A stretch of 51,280 nucleotides of DNA, counting the filler, from Catajapyx aquilonaris (taxonomy: Eukaryota): the NCBI GenBank assembly GCA_000934665.2. It is 2 parts of 2 records of this genome, joined end to end, with 100 filler letters (N's around TTAATTAATTAA, not from the genome) between each part and the next. Parts side by side here need not be neighbours in the genome. Positions count along the whole stretch, not along the records: positions 1 to 25,596 come from JYFJ02005332.1; positions 25,697 to 51,280 come from JYFJ02005333.1. The stretch is one strand, 5' to 3'. Below the pieces are notes generated by a model that saw only the letters and a program-made list of their open reading frames with translations, ran no database searches and was not told where the DNA came from. Both the position numbers and the translations under genes were made by a program. Position 1 is the first letter of the stretch. The number at the start of each line of letters is the position of its first letter. Positions 13,281 through 27,399 of the stretch are shown here, piece by piece.

Positions 13281-16149
13281 TATATACTGCAGGTCTGCAT
13301 GTAAATACCAGTGACATGCTGTGGAATGCAACAAACACAATTATAAACATACGCCCACACGCCATGAGCAGCAGAGTGAAGCTCGGCTGCATGAATACAA
13401 ATGAAACAAAGGAAAATTGGAGATTAGAAAATCACACATGCGCTTAAAATGGTCACATTTCAGAGTATGATAGTATGACACAAAATGCCGAAGAATCTAA
13501 TAATGTCCAGCTATTTCATAACTACTTCCAGTCACTGTCCTAGCTTCATTCTTTCACTACCGGTATCCCATCAGTTTAAAAAAATCACATGTCACATCCG
13601 TTATCCCACTATCATCTTTGATAGTTACAACTAGTACATACCGGATTTTTTGTGCCCAAAATGTGTTCTAAAACCGGGTCTTCCGGCCTAGTTGCATAGA
13701 CGTAAATTAAGGGAAAATACACAGGTAGTCACAATGCATAATCATAGCTTTGATCTTAATTCGAGTTGATGAAACTGGGTCATAGTGCTTCAAATCGCAA
13801 AAAGCGGGACGAATTAGGCCTCCTGCATATGTTTGCGAGTTTTTGAAGGAAAAATAACTATAAATGATCTTACCAAAAAAGTCCACTCAACCACAACAAA
13901 AACACCAATCCACATTCCCCACTCTGTACGGTACATTGGCAGACTGCATGTTTTGTATTACCGGTACCAATTTCTTTGGCCAGATGATACTCTGCGTGAT
14001 GGATATCTGATATATTGATCTAGACGTGCTAAAGGCTATACAGAAGCAGTACAGTACGAACTCTTAGGTATTGGATACTCCTTCTCACGTGTTCACCATT
14101 CCTTTCATCGAGCCTGTGTCTTAACGTGAAAAATCAAGCACGTGTTTCTCATCCCCCAGACTGCACGAATAAGATTGAGTGGGTAGGGAGGAGTAGCTAC
14201 GTAATAGAGGAAGTGGGAGGTGTCTCACCACCCCCTTTATCACCTTGAGTTACCAAAGCAAGTGACAACACGCGGAGCTTCATCCATGTGCAGCAATTAC
14301 TCAGTTGGAGTCATAACTTACGTCATCCTCTTCTTGGCATTTTTTACTGCTACCTCCCTCCTTATCTTCTTTTGTACGTGTGGAAATACTGGCCATGGAT
14401 ACGATTAATGGAATGACTGAGAATAACATATGTAGAACTGCTAAGTCACTAATTCAGTATGGCTGGTTGGCTGGTTGTATACTACTAAGTTAGAAAAAAT
14501 TCCCTTGTAACCCGGCAAACAGCGCCAGTATGGGGGTGGGTGGAAGCATGCGCGAGAGAGGGTTGATTCTTGCACACTTCAACACGCACTATAAATTGGC
14601 GCTGCTTACGTAAGTGGAAGGCAATTTTTCCAAACTTGTACGAAAGCCGATATGAATAGTTATTTACAATACATATGCCCTAATCCGACTGGCCCTAAGT
14701 TGAAAGATGAAATTATTGGTGTTGAAATCATATTTTCGACGTGTTCAGATTTGCTCATTTGTCAGTTCGGGAAGTATATGATCGAAGTTTTTGCCACTGC
14801 ATATTTTGAAAACTTGGATGGAAGGGTGCAACTCAGCTTGAATTTGGCTGCGAAATCCAGCCGCGATATTCAGGTTGCGGATGCCTCGGTAAAGTGTCGA
14901 TGAGGGCTTATGTGGCAAATCTGGGACGGGATGAAAGTTGACGTGCCGCTGTCTTAATTAGAGGAGTCGTTCCGGACTTGCGAACTCGGAGGCCTTCCTT
15001 GGCTTCGGTTGTAATCAGGCAAGGAAGGGGAGGCAGCTTTGGACCGGGCTTACACCGCTGTCTGTGTAAGCCTTGCCTTTATATCCCACCCCAAAAAGGG
15101 GTCAGGGTCCAAATGACGCCTCTAAATGGCTTCTCGATTGCCTGGCATTCACCCCGTCGACATACACTGACAACATGAGTGGTTTTCTGCCATTCTCCTA
15201 AAGATTAATCCTGTCTTGTCTTCGGAGGAGAAAACGGAAACATGTCTTCGATTTGGACAATTTTATTACGCGCCCTCATGTCGTCTTTTGTCTTTTGTAA
15301 TGCTACAGCCGGATGAGTCCAAGCTTGGGCTAGGGAATGTTTTCCGGAAAAGTGTGTTTAGAGACGTTGGAACTTAGCTTTGAATTATATGGATACAAAA
15401 TCCTTTTAAAAAACACTAAGTGCATAGCTTGCGATTGCACAGTGAGTAGTGTTGGACTGCCGGGATTTCAAATTTATATTCATCATTATTAGTCCAACTT
15501 AATAATGATTCCGTTATTGTGAAGTAATACTTTGTTGGTTCATTTAAGAAGCAAATTATTAGCACAAGCTGGTTTTGAGGAAATTTCTTGAAACCTTTTT
15601 TCAACAGCCAAAAGGCTCTTACTTTGAGAACGAACGACATTATTCCCTCCAGCAGGATCAGACGAGTATATCCTTCAAAGACTTGAAAGGCGTGGGTGGC
15701 ATGGCGGAAACAGTCCGAAAAATTCTCTTCCATATTGCTCTGAGCATACTTTCGAGACGACAGCTATAATGTGTTGAACCTAAAACAACATAAATAAATG
15801 GTTTTGCCATCTAAAAATCCGTAAAGGGAATGATAGCTTGATGATAGCACTAGCCTAAGCACTAATATTTTAAACACTGGGTACCAGAAAGTCAGTATTA
15901 AAGATTTGCTGAAAAACATTGAAAAACGTGTTCGTTATACGGCACTATCTTTTATTCTGTTCAGTCACCTCGCATACTTCACCTTAAATACAATTTTTTA
16001 ATTCCTGGCGACATGTAATTAGAATACGCACCAAAAAACTACGCTGCAATTATCTCATTGGTGTAGACTACAAAATATCGAATTTATCACAAATAATTGA
16101 AATAAAGCATCAAATACTCTTCTAGGTACCAAGAATTTATCTTATAGAT

Positions 16150-16850
16150 ATTAATCGAAGAGGTATAGATGGGAATAATGTTGCATTAACATAATAGAGT
16201 TGAACTTGATAAGAAGAGGAGGCCAAGATATAATAATGTAACCCTATAATAACTATGGTTGGAGGTTTTTAAAGGTAAGCAAGTTCCTCTAAATATAAGG
16301 ATTTGAAATGACAGCATACATAAAGTGATGGAAACGTTTAACCTCCATCCTGAACAAAACTCACATCCAATATGTAGGTGTAGAGATGTAAAAGGAAGAC
16401 GTCTCTCCATGCTTTTGGGTGTTAGGTAGATATATCAAAAATCAATTATGGGCTAGAGGCACTGGCGTTGGCAGAAGCGAATGAGAGAAGAGGGCAAAGT
16501 AAAGATCCTGGGCGGGAATCATCAACCGTTCCTCCGTCAAAGCCCGAAGGAGAGGATCTCAAAGGCGAATGAATTTCTTATGATTCTGCCACAGCTGACT
16601 TCAAAGGTGAAGTATAGGTGAGGTCTGATCTATATAATATAAAAAAAGAGCTGGAGGAGAGAATATCAGGTAAGCTCCACAAAAAGGACTCCCTTGCCAC
16701 GATTGTGCTAAGAGGGCTATCTCATGTTATCAGTTTTTTGTTCACATCCCCACAGGAACTTATCCTAACTGGGAAAACTGTCGAGAAAAGACACTTGCTG
16801 GCAGAAAATTGGTTTGTTAGAAATTACGGCGAATAAATGGTGCTTTGCTA
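16150..16850 (-). pseudogene. Degenerate non-LTR retrotransposon reverse transcriptase fragment
   Basis: Minus-strand peptides PGSLLCPLL (cf. QGSxLSPLLF), then WRLNVS and YLG (RT C-terminal motifs), with many stops and frameshifts. Confidence 0.5.
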
Positions 16851-19800
16851 AAATTGTAGCGCACAGTTCAAATATCCAGTATAATGTTGAGACTTTTGTT
16901 TGACTAATGTGTGCAAGTACGCGTGTGTGGGTGGCAGGTACATTGAATATGAGGCTATTCGGAACGTGCCATTATGGACCCAAACGCGGAGGCAAAATGA
17001 GGCTGGTCTCAAAGAGCATTTCCCCTATACATCAGCTTACTTGCACAAAGAGAGGAATTGTACAAAATTGTACGCAATATATGACATTATTCTGGAAAAC
17101 CACTCACCGCCTTATCTGAATGCCACCCACTCCATATCACAACGCAAGGCTGTGCCAAGCCTCATATCGCTCTCAGTTATGGCAGTGGATGATCCGAAGT
17201 GGGCCGCATTCAGATTAGGCTGTGAGTGATCTCTGCCGTACGCCTGGGGACAGAGAATAACATGACTGACCATTGTTCTTGACGTTTCCGTAAACTACTT
17301 TCAAATGTTAAATGTATATTGATTACTGGCTGGCTGACCTCGAGGAGATGTCAATCACAAATACATATAACATTCAGTTGAAAATGTTCAAGTCAATCCT
17401 CCCGGACTGCCCGATATTTCTCTCGCTCCATAAGTTTGTGCATTAGTTACTGGGCTTCTTCAGAGTCATTACATCCCAGAAAGTTGTACAAGTAGGGAAG
17501 CAATACAAAAAAAAATCTCATAGCATTTTTCAATCTAGCTTTAGATTAGGACCTGGAGTCGTAGGCGTCGACAGATTGAATTGGATGGCGTAACTTCTCT
17601 GGCCATTAATGTTGGGGCAAGTCCTACATTCCCGGTGTAATTGGGCGCTCGCATGTGTCGTGATTAGTGCGTTTAACGCTATCTGGGTAATGAGTCCGTA
17701 ACAACTTTCAAAGAAGTGGAGTAATGGGCTTGAAAGTGTCTGTCATGCTATGTTGCAGTGGGAGTTGCTGATCTTTTAGAAGAAGCAGGGCTGGAACCAT
17801 TTGTCTCGCTTTTTCGGCGCCAAAAACAAGCAAAGAATTTTCCACCGCGTGCCCGTAGGGGTCGCATGCAGCGGATAAATCCAATTTACTAAGGCCCGCA
17901 ATTTCCTAGGGGACGATGGGATGGTTGAATCCCTGTGAGAAGTCTGAACAGGAGAGTGTTTTTGGTGGTTTTTACTCGCTGACGACATCACCAAAAGAAG
18001 AAGAAAAAAAAGATTGCGGAAGAAAGAGCCGAAGGGACGGTACAGGGGATAGCACAAAACTCAAGCCCATTTTCTAAACTAGACAGTGCAGTGTTGTAGA
18101 TCACTACAACTTGCTAGCCTGGAGATAACAAGTGGTATTCTGGTCACGTTTGTTGGGGAAAAAAAGAGATGCTGTGATGCTTCAATTCTCAAGTCCAGCA
18201 GGGATGAACGAGAAAAGATGGGTAGGACTGAGTGGGACGGGAGGTGGGGGAAACCTAGCACTATCTATTGGTTCATAACTCAATCAGCTCAGACTCGGGC
18301 TCTAATGATGCCAGCATGGGGTTATCCATTAATTAACCGCATGCTTGTGCAGGAAGCAAGGAGTGCCAGCAACACGAGGAAAGCCGGAAACAGAGGCGGA
18401 ATGGAATTAAGCGTTCTGGATGATGAGGTACATCTTTGATCAAGTTTGTTTTCCAGGAGGTTGTAGACACCAAGGCATTCCCAAACACTGAAAACATCCA
18501 GTCTGTACTATAGTATAAACTCTCTTTAAACTTGTGGTTTTTCTTCTCATAAACAGTCAGTTTTGTGCAGCAAAGAAGAAAGTGTAGTAAATTTCCGTTA
18601 TTTTCTCTGTGCTGATTATTCATTTTCAGGAAATTTTGAAGGTGCCACATTTGGAAATTGCACTCTGCAGATTTAAGAGGATAATATGGTAATGAGAGTC
18701 ACTATGAAAGTCTGATGCGGTCGGGTAGCACATTACAGGAGCATTTTGTTTACATTAAGGAGTGTTTCCGCCTTCTTCAAATAACTTTGGTAGAAACTTT
18801 ACACAGGAAGCTCGCGTATGCTGCGTATTTTCCTAGCTGGCTCCAATCAATACACAATATTCCCACCATCAACACACCACATGCAGGTGGGCTTCAATCT
18901 ATTATTGCTGATGCAGTGACTGGAGTAGCATTGTAATGATTCAGCTGCTTATACTGTATTATAGGGAGGCTTTTGTAACTTTGTGGTCTTCCTCCCCCAA
19001 ATCTCCCCCTCCCCACACCCTCTAGCCCTCCCGCCCTCGCGAGACCAGTTCCCCAATCATATTACAACATACTGCAGACCCACCTAGCGACAGATGATAA
19101 ACTGAATGAAGTAATGAGACTGACCACGAGAGGGACAATCAGACACTCAGGTCATCCACGATATTAACTTCATTACTTTGTGATTCATATGCTTTTCATA
19201 AAACCGTTCCAGCTGCTCGAATAGTATAAACAGTTATAATGAAATGGGAAGGTTTAGCATGAATTCTTCATAACATTCGTGCAATATTCTTATACAGTAG
19301 TCTATATACGGGTCATATAGGCTACTGAAGTTTAAGTCCCTTCCGGGCATCTTGAATCATCAGTCCTTTTCTCTTAGACCTTGGAACAGAAGAAAGTGCC
19401 CATCTTCCAGGTATAAAAGAAGATGCTGGGGACGGGGAATAAGAAGGCGTAAAACATCTATTTACACTGGTGTGCACGCATGGAAATTCGTAATTTCGAC
19501 AGAGATCCTGCAAAAGAATGAGCAAGACGAGTTTGCGCCAGTCATTTTTTTTCCATCCAGGGGGCCTCAACCCATCCGTTATTCTGGCGTCAGATAAGAA
19601 ATCTCTTGACGATTTCTTTGGATGAGCAGAAGTTCGCGCAGTACTTGAGCTTCTCTCATGCGATTATTTTCGCAGATAACTTGGCGTTCAATTTTTTCCG
19701 GGGCTTCATACGGATTCCTCGGAACACAAGCTGGCTTGGGACACCGGAACACAGGTTTTGGAATAGAGAGAATTCCGCGGAGATTTGATAGTTACGGAAT

Positions 19801-22800
19801 TCTGTAAAGTACACGAAAATGTGGCTCTGAACTGCTTTCATACCCTAAAGTATAAGGTTTCCCAAGTATAGACCACGGACAGCGGTGACTGAAGTGACAA
19901 TGTGTAGAATCCTTTTTAATGACTCGTAACTTGTATCCTCCAAATGTTTCACTTTTCCCTTGTTACAATTGACCATGTTCTTCCCTGAAAATGGCAATAC
20001 AAGGGAAGGCATGATGCACTAAAGCGACTCGACTGTTGGTATTAGCGAAACAGTTGCCCATAATTTATTTCCATAATCAACTGAAATTTCCTGGAATGAA
20101 CCAATAGAGTGATAGTGTGCGACAGGAATGCCATGGTAGGCCTACTTACGTCGTTAGCCCACCGCGTCATAATCCAATGAAAATAGTTATTTGGAAGCCC
20201 CGATTGAACTGGCAAGTGAGTAGTGAAGCCCCAGTTATCTTCCCGGTCCAATCCTCAACAGTAAACGGTGATCCCCATACTGTATTGTTAGCCGTCCTAC
20301 CTTCCGTCCCTTTCTGCCACAAACGAGCCGATTTCCAGACTTGGCGCCTTATTTACGGCCGCTATTTGTACCCGAAATGTCTGGCTGTGGATTAACTCGT
20401 GGACGACTCGATCCTACTTCCCTAACACATCCCTAACAAAAGGATGGCCAAAAAGTCCAGCAAGCTCTCTTTTATAGTGTAGGTAGACTACTATAATGTG
20501 CATATCGGTATAGCTATTCTGGGGCTCAACTCCAGTATTCAGTATTGTTGTTGTTCCTGCTGTTGTTTAGGGGAGGCGTTATATTGCCGCGTGATCCATC
20601 CTGGAAAAGAATTAATTCCAAACACGAGTGTAAATCAATTCGCGTAATTCCGCGGCCCATTTAGCTTTTAGTGTGAAAAACACGCAGCTGTTATGAATAA
20701 TTGATTGGCGATGGGGCCCACAGTTTGCGCTGTCCGCCATCCATTTGAGTTGAACCCTACACCCCCNCCCCCCCCCCCAACCCCTATTTGACCCGTCATG
20801 GTCTTTGGGGACTGGCGAGTGGGCTATTACTCTGAACGAGCCTCATAAGATGCAGCTCAGAAACTGTGGGAATGCCAATAATGCCTGTGACAAATGCCAC
20901 GTTGTCTGCGACGTTCGGAGAAGAATGGGCCACTGCGCGATGGAGATGACAACACCTCTCGTCGTAATGTCACATTCCTCACCTTGAGCGATTTCTATCG
21001 GGAGAATGTTATAGCATTGACCTAGGCAATACCAGGAGCGTATTACGTACTTTAAGATTAATGTCAAATGAAATATAACACCATTTTTTCTACTAAGATG
21101 GTGGGTTTTGCAAGCTTGCCAAGAAACTTATTGACTATCAGCTTGCCCGCACAGGCGTCTTGGCACCAAACTTTCTATGAAACATGATTTTTTATTTGTA
21201 CAGTACTCCCACACAGGTTAGTGCTCGGGCTCATTAGGACGTAATGAAAGCATGAGGTTTGTTAGATCCTGCAAAATAGAGGCAGGCATGCATGAAGGCT
21301 GCAAATGTCATCCTCGTAGATCAGTGCCTTGCTTCTCCGACTCGTGAACCCCCTGATCACATGCATGGAAAAGTTAATTTGCCACATCATACACAACCCG
21401 CTGACATTGCGTGACCTGTACACAGGCGAGTGATGCGCTCGCACGTTACCCCCTCCCCCCCTCCCGCTCTCTTGCTTTTCATTCACCACAATGCTTTGAT
21501 TAAACGCGGAACATGTCAGGAGTGAAATTGAGGCATAACCTTTATGTGGGCTTCGAGTTTTCACGCCCAAAGAAACATGACACACCGAAGTTTGCTTTGC
21601 TTGTAATCTCATTTTAATGGCAATCCAACCCTCACATCTCTCCGCCTCTTCGCAATTTTTGTGCACGAGTCGATCATGTAGGATGGGCCATTATTCTTGC
21701 TCTTCATCTGGCTACTTTGGTAGTCACGATGCAAATGGCACTGGGACGTGCAAGTTATACGCCGCTGTTGGCGCATGTCTCCGGTTTTGTTCCCAGCATT
21801 CATAGTGATATGGGTAGTCTCCCCTTGATTTGTAGGCGTCAGGATTCACATGACAATTGGAATGCATGACACTGGCCCGTCCTATCTTTGCCGCTTACTG
21901 CCGGTTACTAGTATATCCCACACCACTACTTGGTTTCTCATGCTGCGAATTTTATTCAGTGTGAAAGCTATTTCAGGGTTTAGTGTTTATACCTTGAAAT
22001 TGGTGACAGTAACAAGTAATTCATTAGTACTTTTGACTAGACTATCTGCATAATTAAAATGAGGCTACTGTAGTAGGCTGCAACAACCAATGTAGCTGTT
22101 GTTAAACTAAAATCACTCTAGCAGAAGCAGTAAGCTATTAAAGAGGATAGACCTTTGTAAATTCACAGATAAGTTTAAATGCGAAATTCGTTACACAAAT
22201 GGTTCCATTTATATTATTATGACCTGCACATTTGAAGAGCGGCATCAAAAAGTCGCATTACGTTTAAAAGACTTCAGTGGGCTTTCACGTCTGACTGTTA
22301 ATTTGAGTAACTTTCCAGGTAGACTAGTGTCCCTTGGCATCCAGACACCAATTTACTATTCCAGAAACTGTGAAAGTTCTGGAAGCATCTCTGGAAGGGC
22401 CATCACTGGAGGGTACGAGTAATTGCTTGAGATGTGAGGTGGATGTATAAGAGGGGGAGGAAAGTCTCGGTTTCTTGCACCTGGTCAAGCTCTGCAAATT
22501 ACCAGCATAACAATCCCTTACACGTATTCCACATTCTGTAATGAAATCGTGTTGGTACTGTACAGTACATTAAAATTTAGTGTGTGACGTAATATTACCG
22601 GGGCTGTATAATTTAAAATTTACTTCATCAAAGGTAGTATTGTAGTGTTAAGCATGAATAAAATATCAAATACAGCGAGGCGTTCCAGGCAGAGAGTATA
22701 CTTATGAAAAATAACGTTCAAGGCATAAATATGATAATTACAGCAAAAAACTTAAATTATAAGTAAAATTGTGGTGTTATGTAATGGTCTAATACATTAA

Positions 22801-23009
22801 TTGCAATTGCAAGCACTTAATGCTTTATTAGAGTGCTACCGTTCTTCCCAGAACAGCGAGACATGGGCACGAATAGCAGTCAAATGTTAATAACTTGCAT
22901 AAGAATTTAAAATTTGAGCAGGCAAATTGTCATGGCGGTAAAGCTCACATTCACGGATAGAAATGACCCGGATTAAATCTAAAACCCTAGCTTTCTAATT
23001 CGTGCGGCG

Positions 23010-23125
23010 TTAGGGTATCTCAGGCTTCGTCTCGGATAGAATTTCCGCTAGATTACCCATCAGGGGGATGGCACTAAAGGCCAATGCAGACTCATTGCAC
23101 TTTCACCTGGATCTCCCTTCAAATC
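23010..23125 (+). mobile_element. Degenerate internal fragment of SINE family A
   Basis: GGCTTCGTCTCGG...GGGG...CACTAAA...CATTGCAC is collinear with the family A body. Confidence 0.55.
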
Positions 23126-23282
23126 ACTTCTCCCTCCCTCTCACTAAGATTTTGTATCAATGTGGCACATTTAAAATGCCAATTAAGTAATCACGAAAGT
23201 TCTGTTATAGTGTTCGGATGCTGTCTTTCCAGTTACTGTTATACACAGGATGGAGCAGAATCATATAGCGTTTGTGTTCCTA

Positions 23283-23461
23283 CAGTAATACCTCGATATA
23301 ACGCCCCCGCATATGATATAACACTTTCCCGCTTTTAACGCCCCTTTTTCCCTGTCCCTTGATCATTTCCATAAGGTAAATTTTCCCGCATATAACGCTA
23401 TCCCGCTTATAACGCTAATTGTGGGCGGTATCTTGAAGAGCGTTATATCGAGGTTTTACTG
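23283..23461. mobile_element. pogo/Tigger-type MITE
   Basis: TA|CAGTAATACCTCGATATAACG...CGTTATATCGAGGTTTTACTG|TA, with internal CCCGC-TATAACG repeats. Confidence 0.9.
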
Positions 23462-23469
23462 TAAGCTTA

Positions 23470-23775
23470 TACGATTACTCGCTTTGCTCGGCGGAGCCCC
23501 CCCCCCCCCNTGCTCGTCGGCTATGCCCCACTTGCTCACCTCAGGCGCGAATTGGTCGGGCCCCTGGCAGTCTCCGTAACTATGCGAGGCCCGGTGCAGG
23601 TGCACCAGGCTGCCCCCACGACTGCCACTCTCCGATGCGAACACAGCACGTGTTTTTACGTGAAAATGGGTCGGAGTGAGGGCTCATCCGGTTACAAACC
23701 ATCCACCACTGACGTCACCATCCGAACGGGTCTCTGACGTATCATTCCCACGGCAGGTTTGAACCGAGATTAGGA
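23470..23775 (-). mobile_element. Probable old SINE with a Deu-like core
   Basis: Minus-strand B box GGTTCAAACCTGCC. The plus-strand TTTTACGTG...GACGTCACCATCCGAA resembles the reverse of the Deu domain as I recall it. Boundaries are uncertain. Confidence 0.35.
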
Positions 23776-25440
23776 CCTGATGGCAGCGGGAGTGAGGGTT
23801 GGGTGGCGAATGGGTGGGTGTGCCATTGTTCTCCGACTTAACGAACACATGGCCAAGGCCGGGAATTAAAAATTCGTTTTTGGGCCATAGCTCGAAAACG
23901 GCTGGGAAATTTTCAGTTATGAGGATTTTTCGATTCCCAATTGATTATTGCAGCTATTTTTTGAGGCCACTCCAAGCCATCTACGACGTCGGGAAGTGAG
24001 AAATATTTTCAATCCTATATCCTATATCCTCCTATATCCTCCTCCTCCTCGGAGAAAATTGATTTTTGTTATGATTAGGGTCTCCGGACCTCTTTCGGTC
24101 GATTCCACATGCAGTAGTAAAAAAATACTGTTCATTGTGAAAACAGAAATTGTGTAAATATAACTATGAGAGAATAGCTTAGATGGCTTTTGTAATGCTT
24201 TCAGCCTTTATGTGTATAGACTATTATAATGACAGAGCTTCCACGATATTTTTTAAAATCCCAACAAAAATGATCAATATATCAGGATCCAGACTGTTTA
24301 AAAAAATAGAAACTCCGTAAATAAGTCATTGAAAGTGCAGGCACTTTTGACACTGTTTAAATCAGCCAGGGTACACAAACTATGGCTGGCGGTCCCAATG
24401 GTACTGCAAACTTTTCTTTTGAGTCACAAATTTCCGCATCAGTCTTGTATCCCAATAGGTGCGTCTACAGAGCAGAAACAGTGCGGGTTGTGTGTGGATG
24501 GATTATACCCGTGCAGTGGCAGCCAAGTTGATGAAGGGGAATTGACAAGGTAAACAGTGAAACCAGAGGGCGGAAACTGCAGCGCATTTTTTTAATGGAC
24601 ATGTAAACAGCTGCAGTGCGGGAGGTGAAAGTGACGAGTTGTTACGCCCTGTTTGAGCGATGGAATGGTGCAAAAATACCACTCCAGGAATCTGAGGGCA
24701 AATACTGTTATGAAATCCATGTAAGGTGGGAGGATCATTATTAATTTCCTAGTCCAAAGGAAAACATGTCCTAAAAGCATTAGCCTTGCAGAAGGCACAC
24801 ATTACGGAACTATGCACAACGTGACACCGTGTCAATCTGTATTATGCCTCCATTCTCATTTAAATGTGTTTTCTGCAAAAAAACTACTTATTGGAATAGT
24901 GCTAGAACGCCTACAAACCCTACGACCACCACTAACATTACAACACAGTCAGACGTCCTTGCAGTTCACTAATGTCACACTGCACTGTTGTAAAATAAAC
25001 AGACACAAATTGTGTTAATATAATGTATAGTAAACCACAATAAAGGTAAACATAATCGACAGAGGGAATTAATAATTTCATAATATTATAAATATCAACG
25101 AACAGTTACACAATATATTGTGACGTGATACACAATAATTACACATGTTTACCGGAATTGTTTTATAAGGGCTATTGTTCAAAGACCATTGTAAAGGAAG
25201 TGACGGAAAGACCAGAGGTGAGGTCTTGACAGAAAATAGGATATTCTCACAGGCAGGCGATTGTATGCCTTGTAGGTGAACATACGGTACCCGGTACCGT
25301 ACTGAACTGGAATGGCTGTTTGGGTTACCTAATTTACAGAAAAGCCTGGAACCCTTTCCCCCCCTCTGGATACGTTTGTTGCCTGCCAACATATGATGTG
25401 TAGGTGTGAGGCAGCCCCCGGACACTTATACTACATTTCG

Positions 25441-25596
25441 CCTGCCGAGGAGTTTTGCAGCGGGTGCTCACCTGAGAGCGCCATGAGACATTTCCCGGAG
25501 CAATTATGTGGCGACCCTACCGGACTAGCGACCATGTTGGGTCCCCCAATGTAGCGCTTCCCTTTTGTACCTATAAAGTTCAGCCTAGTCCGGTAG
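25441..25596. mobile_element. Second, partly deleted copy of the inner palindrome of the 1927-2467 element, cut by the gap
   Basis: GAGACATTTCCC..AGCA.TTATGTGGCGACCCTACCGGACTA and GTACCTATAAAGTTCAGCC match 2061-2273. Confidence 0.85.
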
Positions 25597-25696
25597 NNNN
25601 NNNNNNNNNNNNNNNNNNNNNNNNNNNNNNNNNNNNNNNNTTAATTAATTAANNNNNNNNNNNNNNNNNNNNNNNNNNNNNNNNNNNNNNNNNNNN
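25597..25696. other. Artificial assembly gap / contig linker
   Basis: 44 N + TTAATTAATTAA (stop codons in all six frames) + 44 N, exactly 100 nt. Confidence 0.97.
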
Positions 25697-25834
25697 TTTT
25701 AGCCCCTTGGGATTGGAACCACGACACGAGAGGGAAAAGCTCCCGAAGTTAGAGGCATATTTGTTTATTGTCTGGGAGCACCAGGGAGTACCACTGCAGG
25801 TGTACACCGGAGTACCGAAGTGAGTACCCCCTTG

Positions 25835-26486
25835 GCCAGGACAAACGAATATGCAGGGTGGGGAACAGCGGTCATGTTATTTTTTATCAGGAAGTCCCTG
25901 ACTACGCGTGAGGTGTGATGTGCAGGCGGCATTGTCATGGTGCAGCAACCAGTCTATATGTTCTTCCACATCTCCGGCCATTTTAGCCTAAATCGTCTCA
26001 AACCATCCCAGTAGGCCCTAATACTTGCCGTTGACAGTTTTACCAGGAGGGAGAAACTCCATATGCATAATTCCTAAAATGTCAAAGAAAATGATCAGCA
26101 TTGAGTTGATTTTGCTGCAAACTTGACGCGCCGCGCCACCTTCGAAGCTGTTAACCCACTCATATATATTATTGCTTGTCTTACAACTTGCTCATCAAAA
26201 GCACGGTTCAGCATTCGGTTGGTTGCATCCGAAGTTTTGTTGAGCTGGAAGCAAAATTTACAAATCTTTTGCTCCCTAACATAAGCGATTTCGAAAAATC
26301 GCAGAAGCACAAGAACACGGTGTCAAAAAAACTGCCGAAGCTCGGAAACATGCGCACCTACGAAGACGAAATTTTTCAGACTAATAGATGAAAGGTGTAA
26401 CCTAGCGCCCCCTAACGTCACAAGTTCGTACCTCCACTGGATTTCACGGTATATCGACAGTCCGGGAACTTTTTCTTCACACCTCG
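25835..26486 (-). mobile_element. Internally deleted mariner element with transposase remnants
   Basis: Terminus TA|CGAGGTGTGAAGAAAA on the minus strand. N-terminal HTH peptide EQKICKFCFQLNKTSDATNRMLNRAF. Catalytic-region peptides WLLHHDNA and VPHPAYSFVLA (cf. HPPYSPDLA). Confidence 0.9.
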
Positions 26487-26579
26487 TACACCTTTAAATT
26501 ATTTCCGCAGTTTCCATCGATGTGTGGAAGCCGCAAAGAAAGCATACATTCTCTCAAGGGTTCCAAAAAATTTCACACA

Positions 26580-26659
26580 TCACTTGGGTGTCACCCCCTT
26601 TGAGGGCGTCGCACCCGGTGCGGTCCGCACCCCCCGCACCTGCCTAGCGACGCCACTGA
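26580..26659. mobile_element. Solo right end of a hAT-like MITE
   Basis: ...GCACCCGGTGCGGTCCGCACCCCCCGCACC...CCTAGCGACGCCACTG, a CAGTGGCG-type terminus. Confidence 0.45.
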
Positions 26660-26677
26660 GCACATGACCCCTTTACC

Positions 26678-26850
26678 GACATTGCACTTGCACCAGTGTT
26701 CCCTCCCCAAAAATCCCTATATCCTTACCTCATGTCCTTTCATCCTTGCACCGGAGTTAGAAGAAAAATCAGAAAATTGAAGGAAAATGGTGGTATTCCA
26801 CCCCCCTGTAAGGGCCTATGGCCCTAGCACGGGGTAACGTAAAAAAATAA
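26678..26850 (+). mobile_element. 3' part of a SINE with a family B tail
   Basis: GGTGGTATTCCACCCC...GGGCCTATGGCCCTAGCACGGGGTA matches the 3' end of 11357-11581. Confidence 0.7.
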
Positions 26851-26861
26851 TTTAAAAAGTA

Positions 26862-27211
26862 ATAATAGGGTTTAATGCACCGCCCTTCTTGGGCATCTGG
26901 CACGGTACCTTTATTATGCTTCAGATGTACAGTACAAGCTTTACAAGTGGTCCTTTTCCGTAACGCCCGGGTACCGCGAGCGAAGGGGGGATGAGGAGGA
27001 GGGTATGTGCAATGTGCAGTGCAATGTCTTAAACGTGGTACATTTTGTGAACTCCCCCAGTTGGTTAGTCTCAAGGAATCCCACCCGAGACGAAGCCAGA
27101 GACGATCCCAACTCTGCACGAGATGAAGGGGGGGATGCCCGGGCTTGGTATCGAACCCGGGACCCTTACATCCGTGGGCGCGTACGTTACCGCAGCGCCA
27201 CTTCGCCTCCC
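26862..27211 (-). mobile_element. tRNA-derived SINE, family A, copy 3
   Basis: A/B boxes and body collinear with the other copies. Sits tail-to-tail with the 26678-26850 SINE. Confidence 0.9.
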
Positions 27212-27399
27212 TAAATGAAGCTCATATCGAAATAAACTAATGTGAGACCAAAACTTTAGACATTTCTTAACAGTTAAAAACTTAAATTATTTAGATATGT
27301 CTACAAGTTTTCGACTTATAGAGTTTTTAAATAATTAGGACATTAGTTTTCTATATTTTTTACTATTTTCTAACCGTAATGCATATTGTGATGCTTGAA

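Noticed and set aside
15305..15340. GGATGAGTCC...GGGC resembling a hammerhead ribozyme core (also TGATGA at ~6071 and ~9775)
   Set aside because: They lack the full CTGANGA plus GAAA core and the closing stems.
15620..15780. Minus-strand segment with splice-like ends encoding MLRAIWKR...MPPTPFKSL (MULE-like?)
   Set aside because: Too short and degenerate, with no catalytic motifs to support an assignment.
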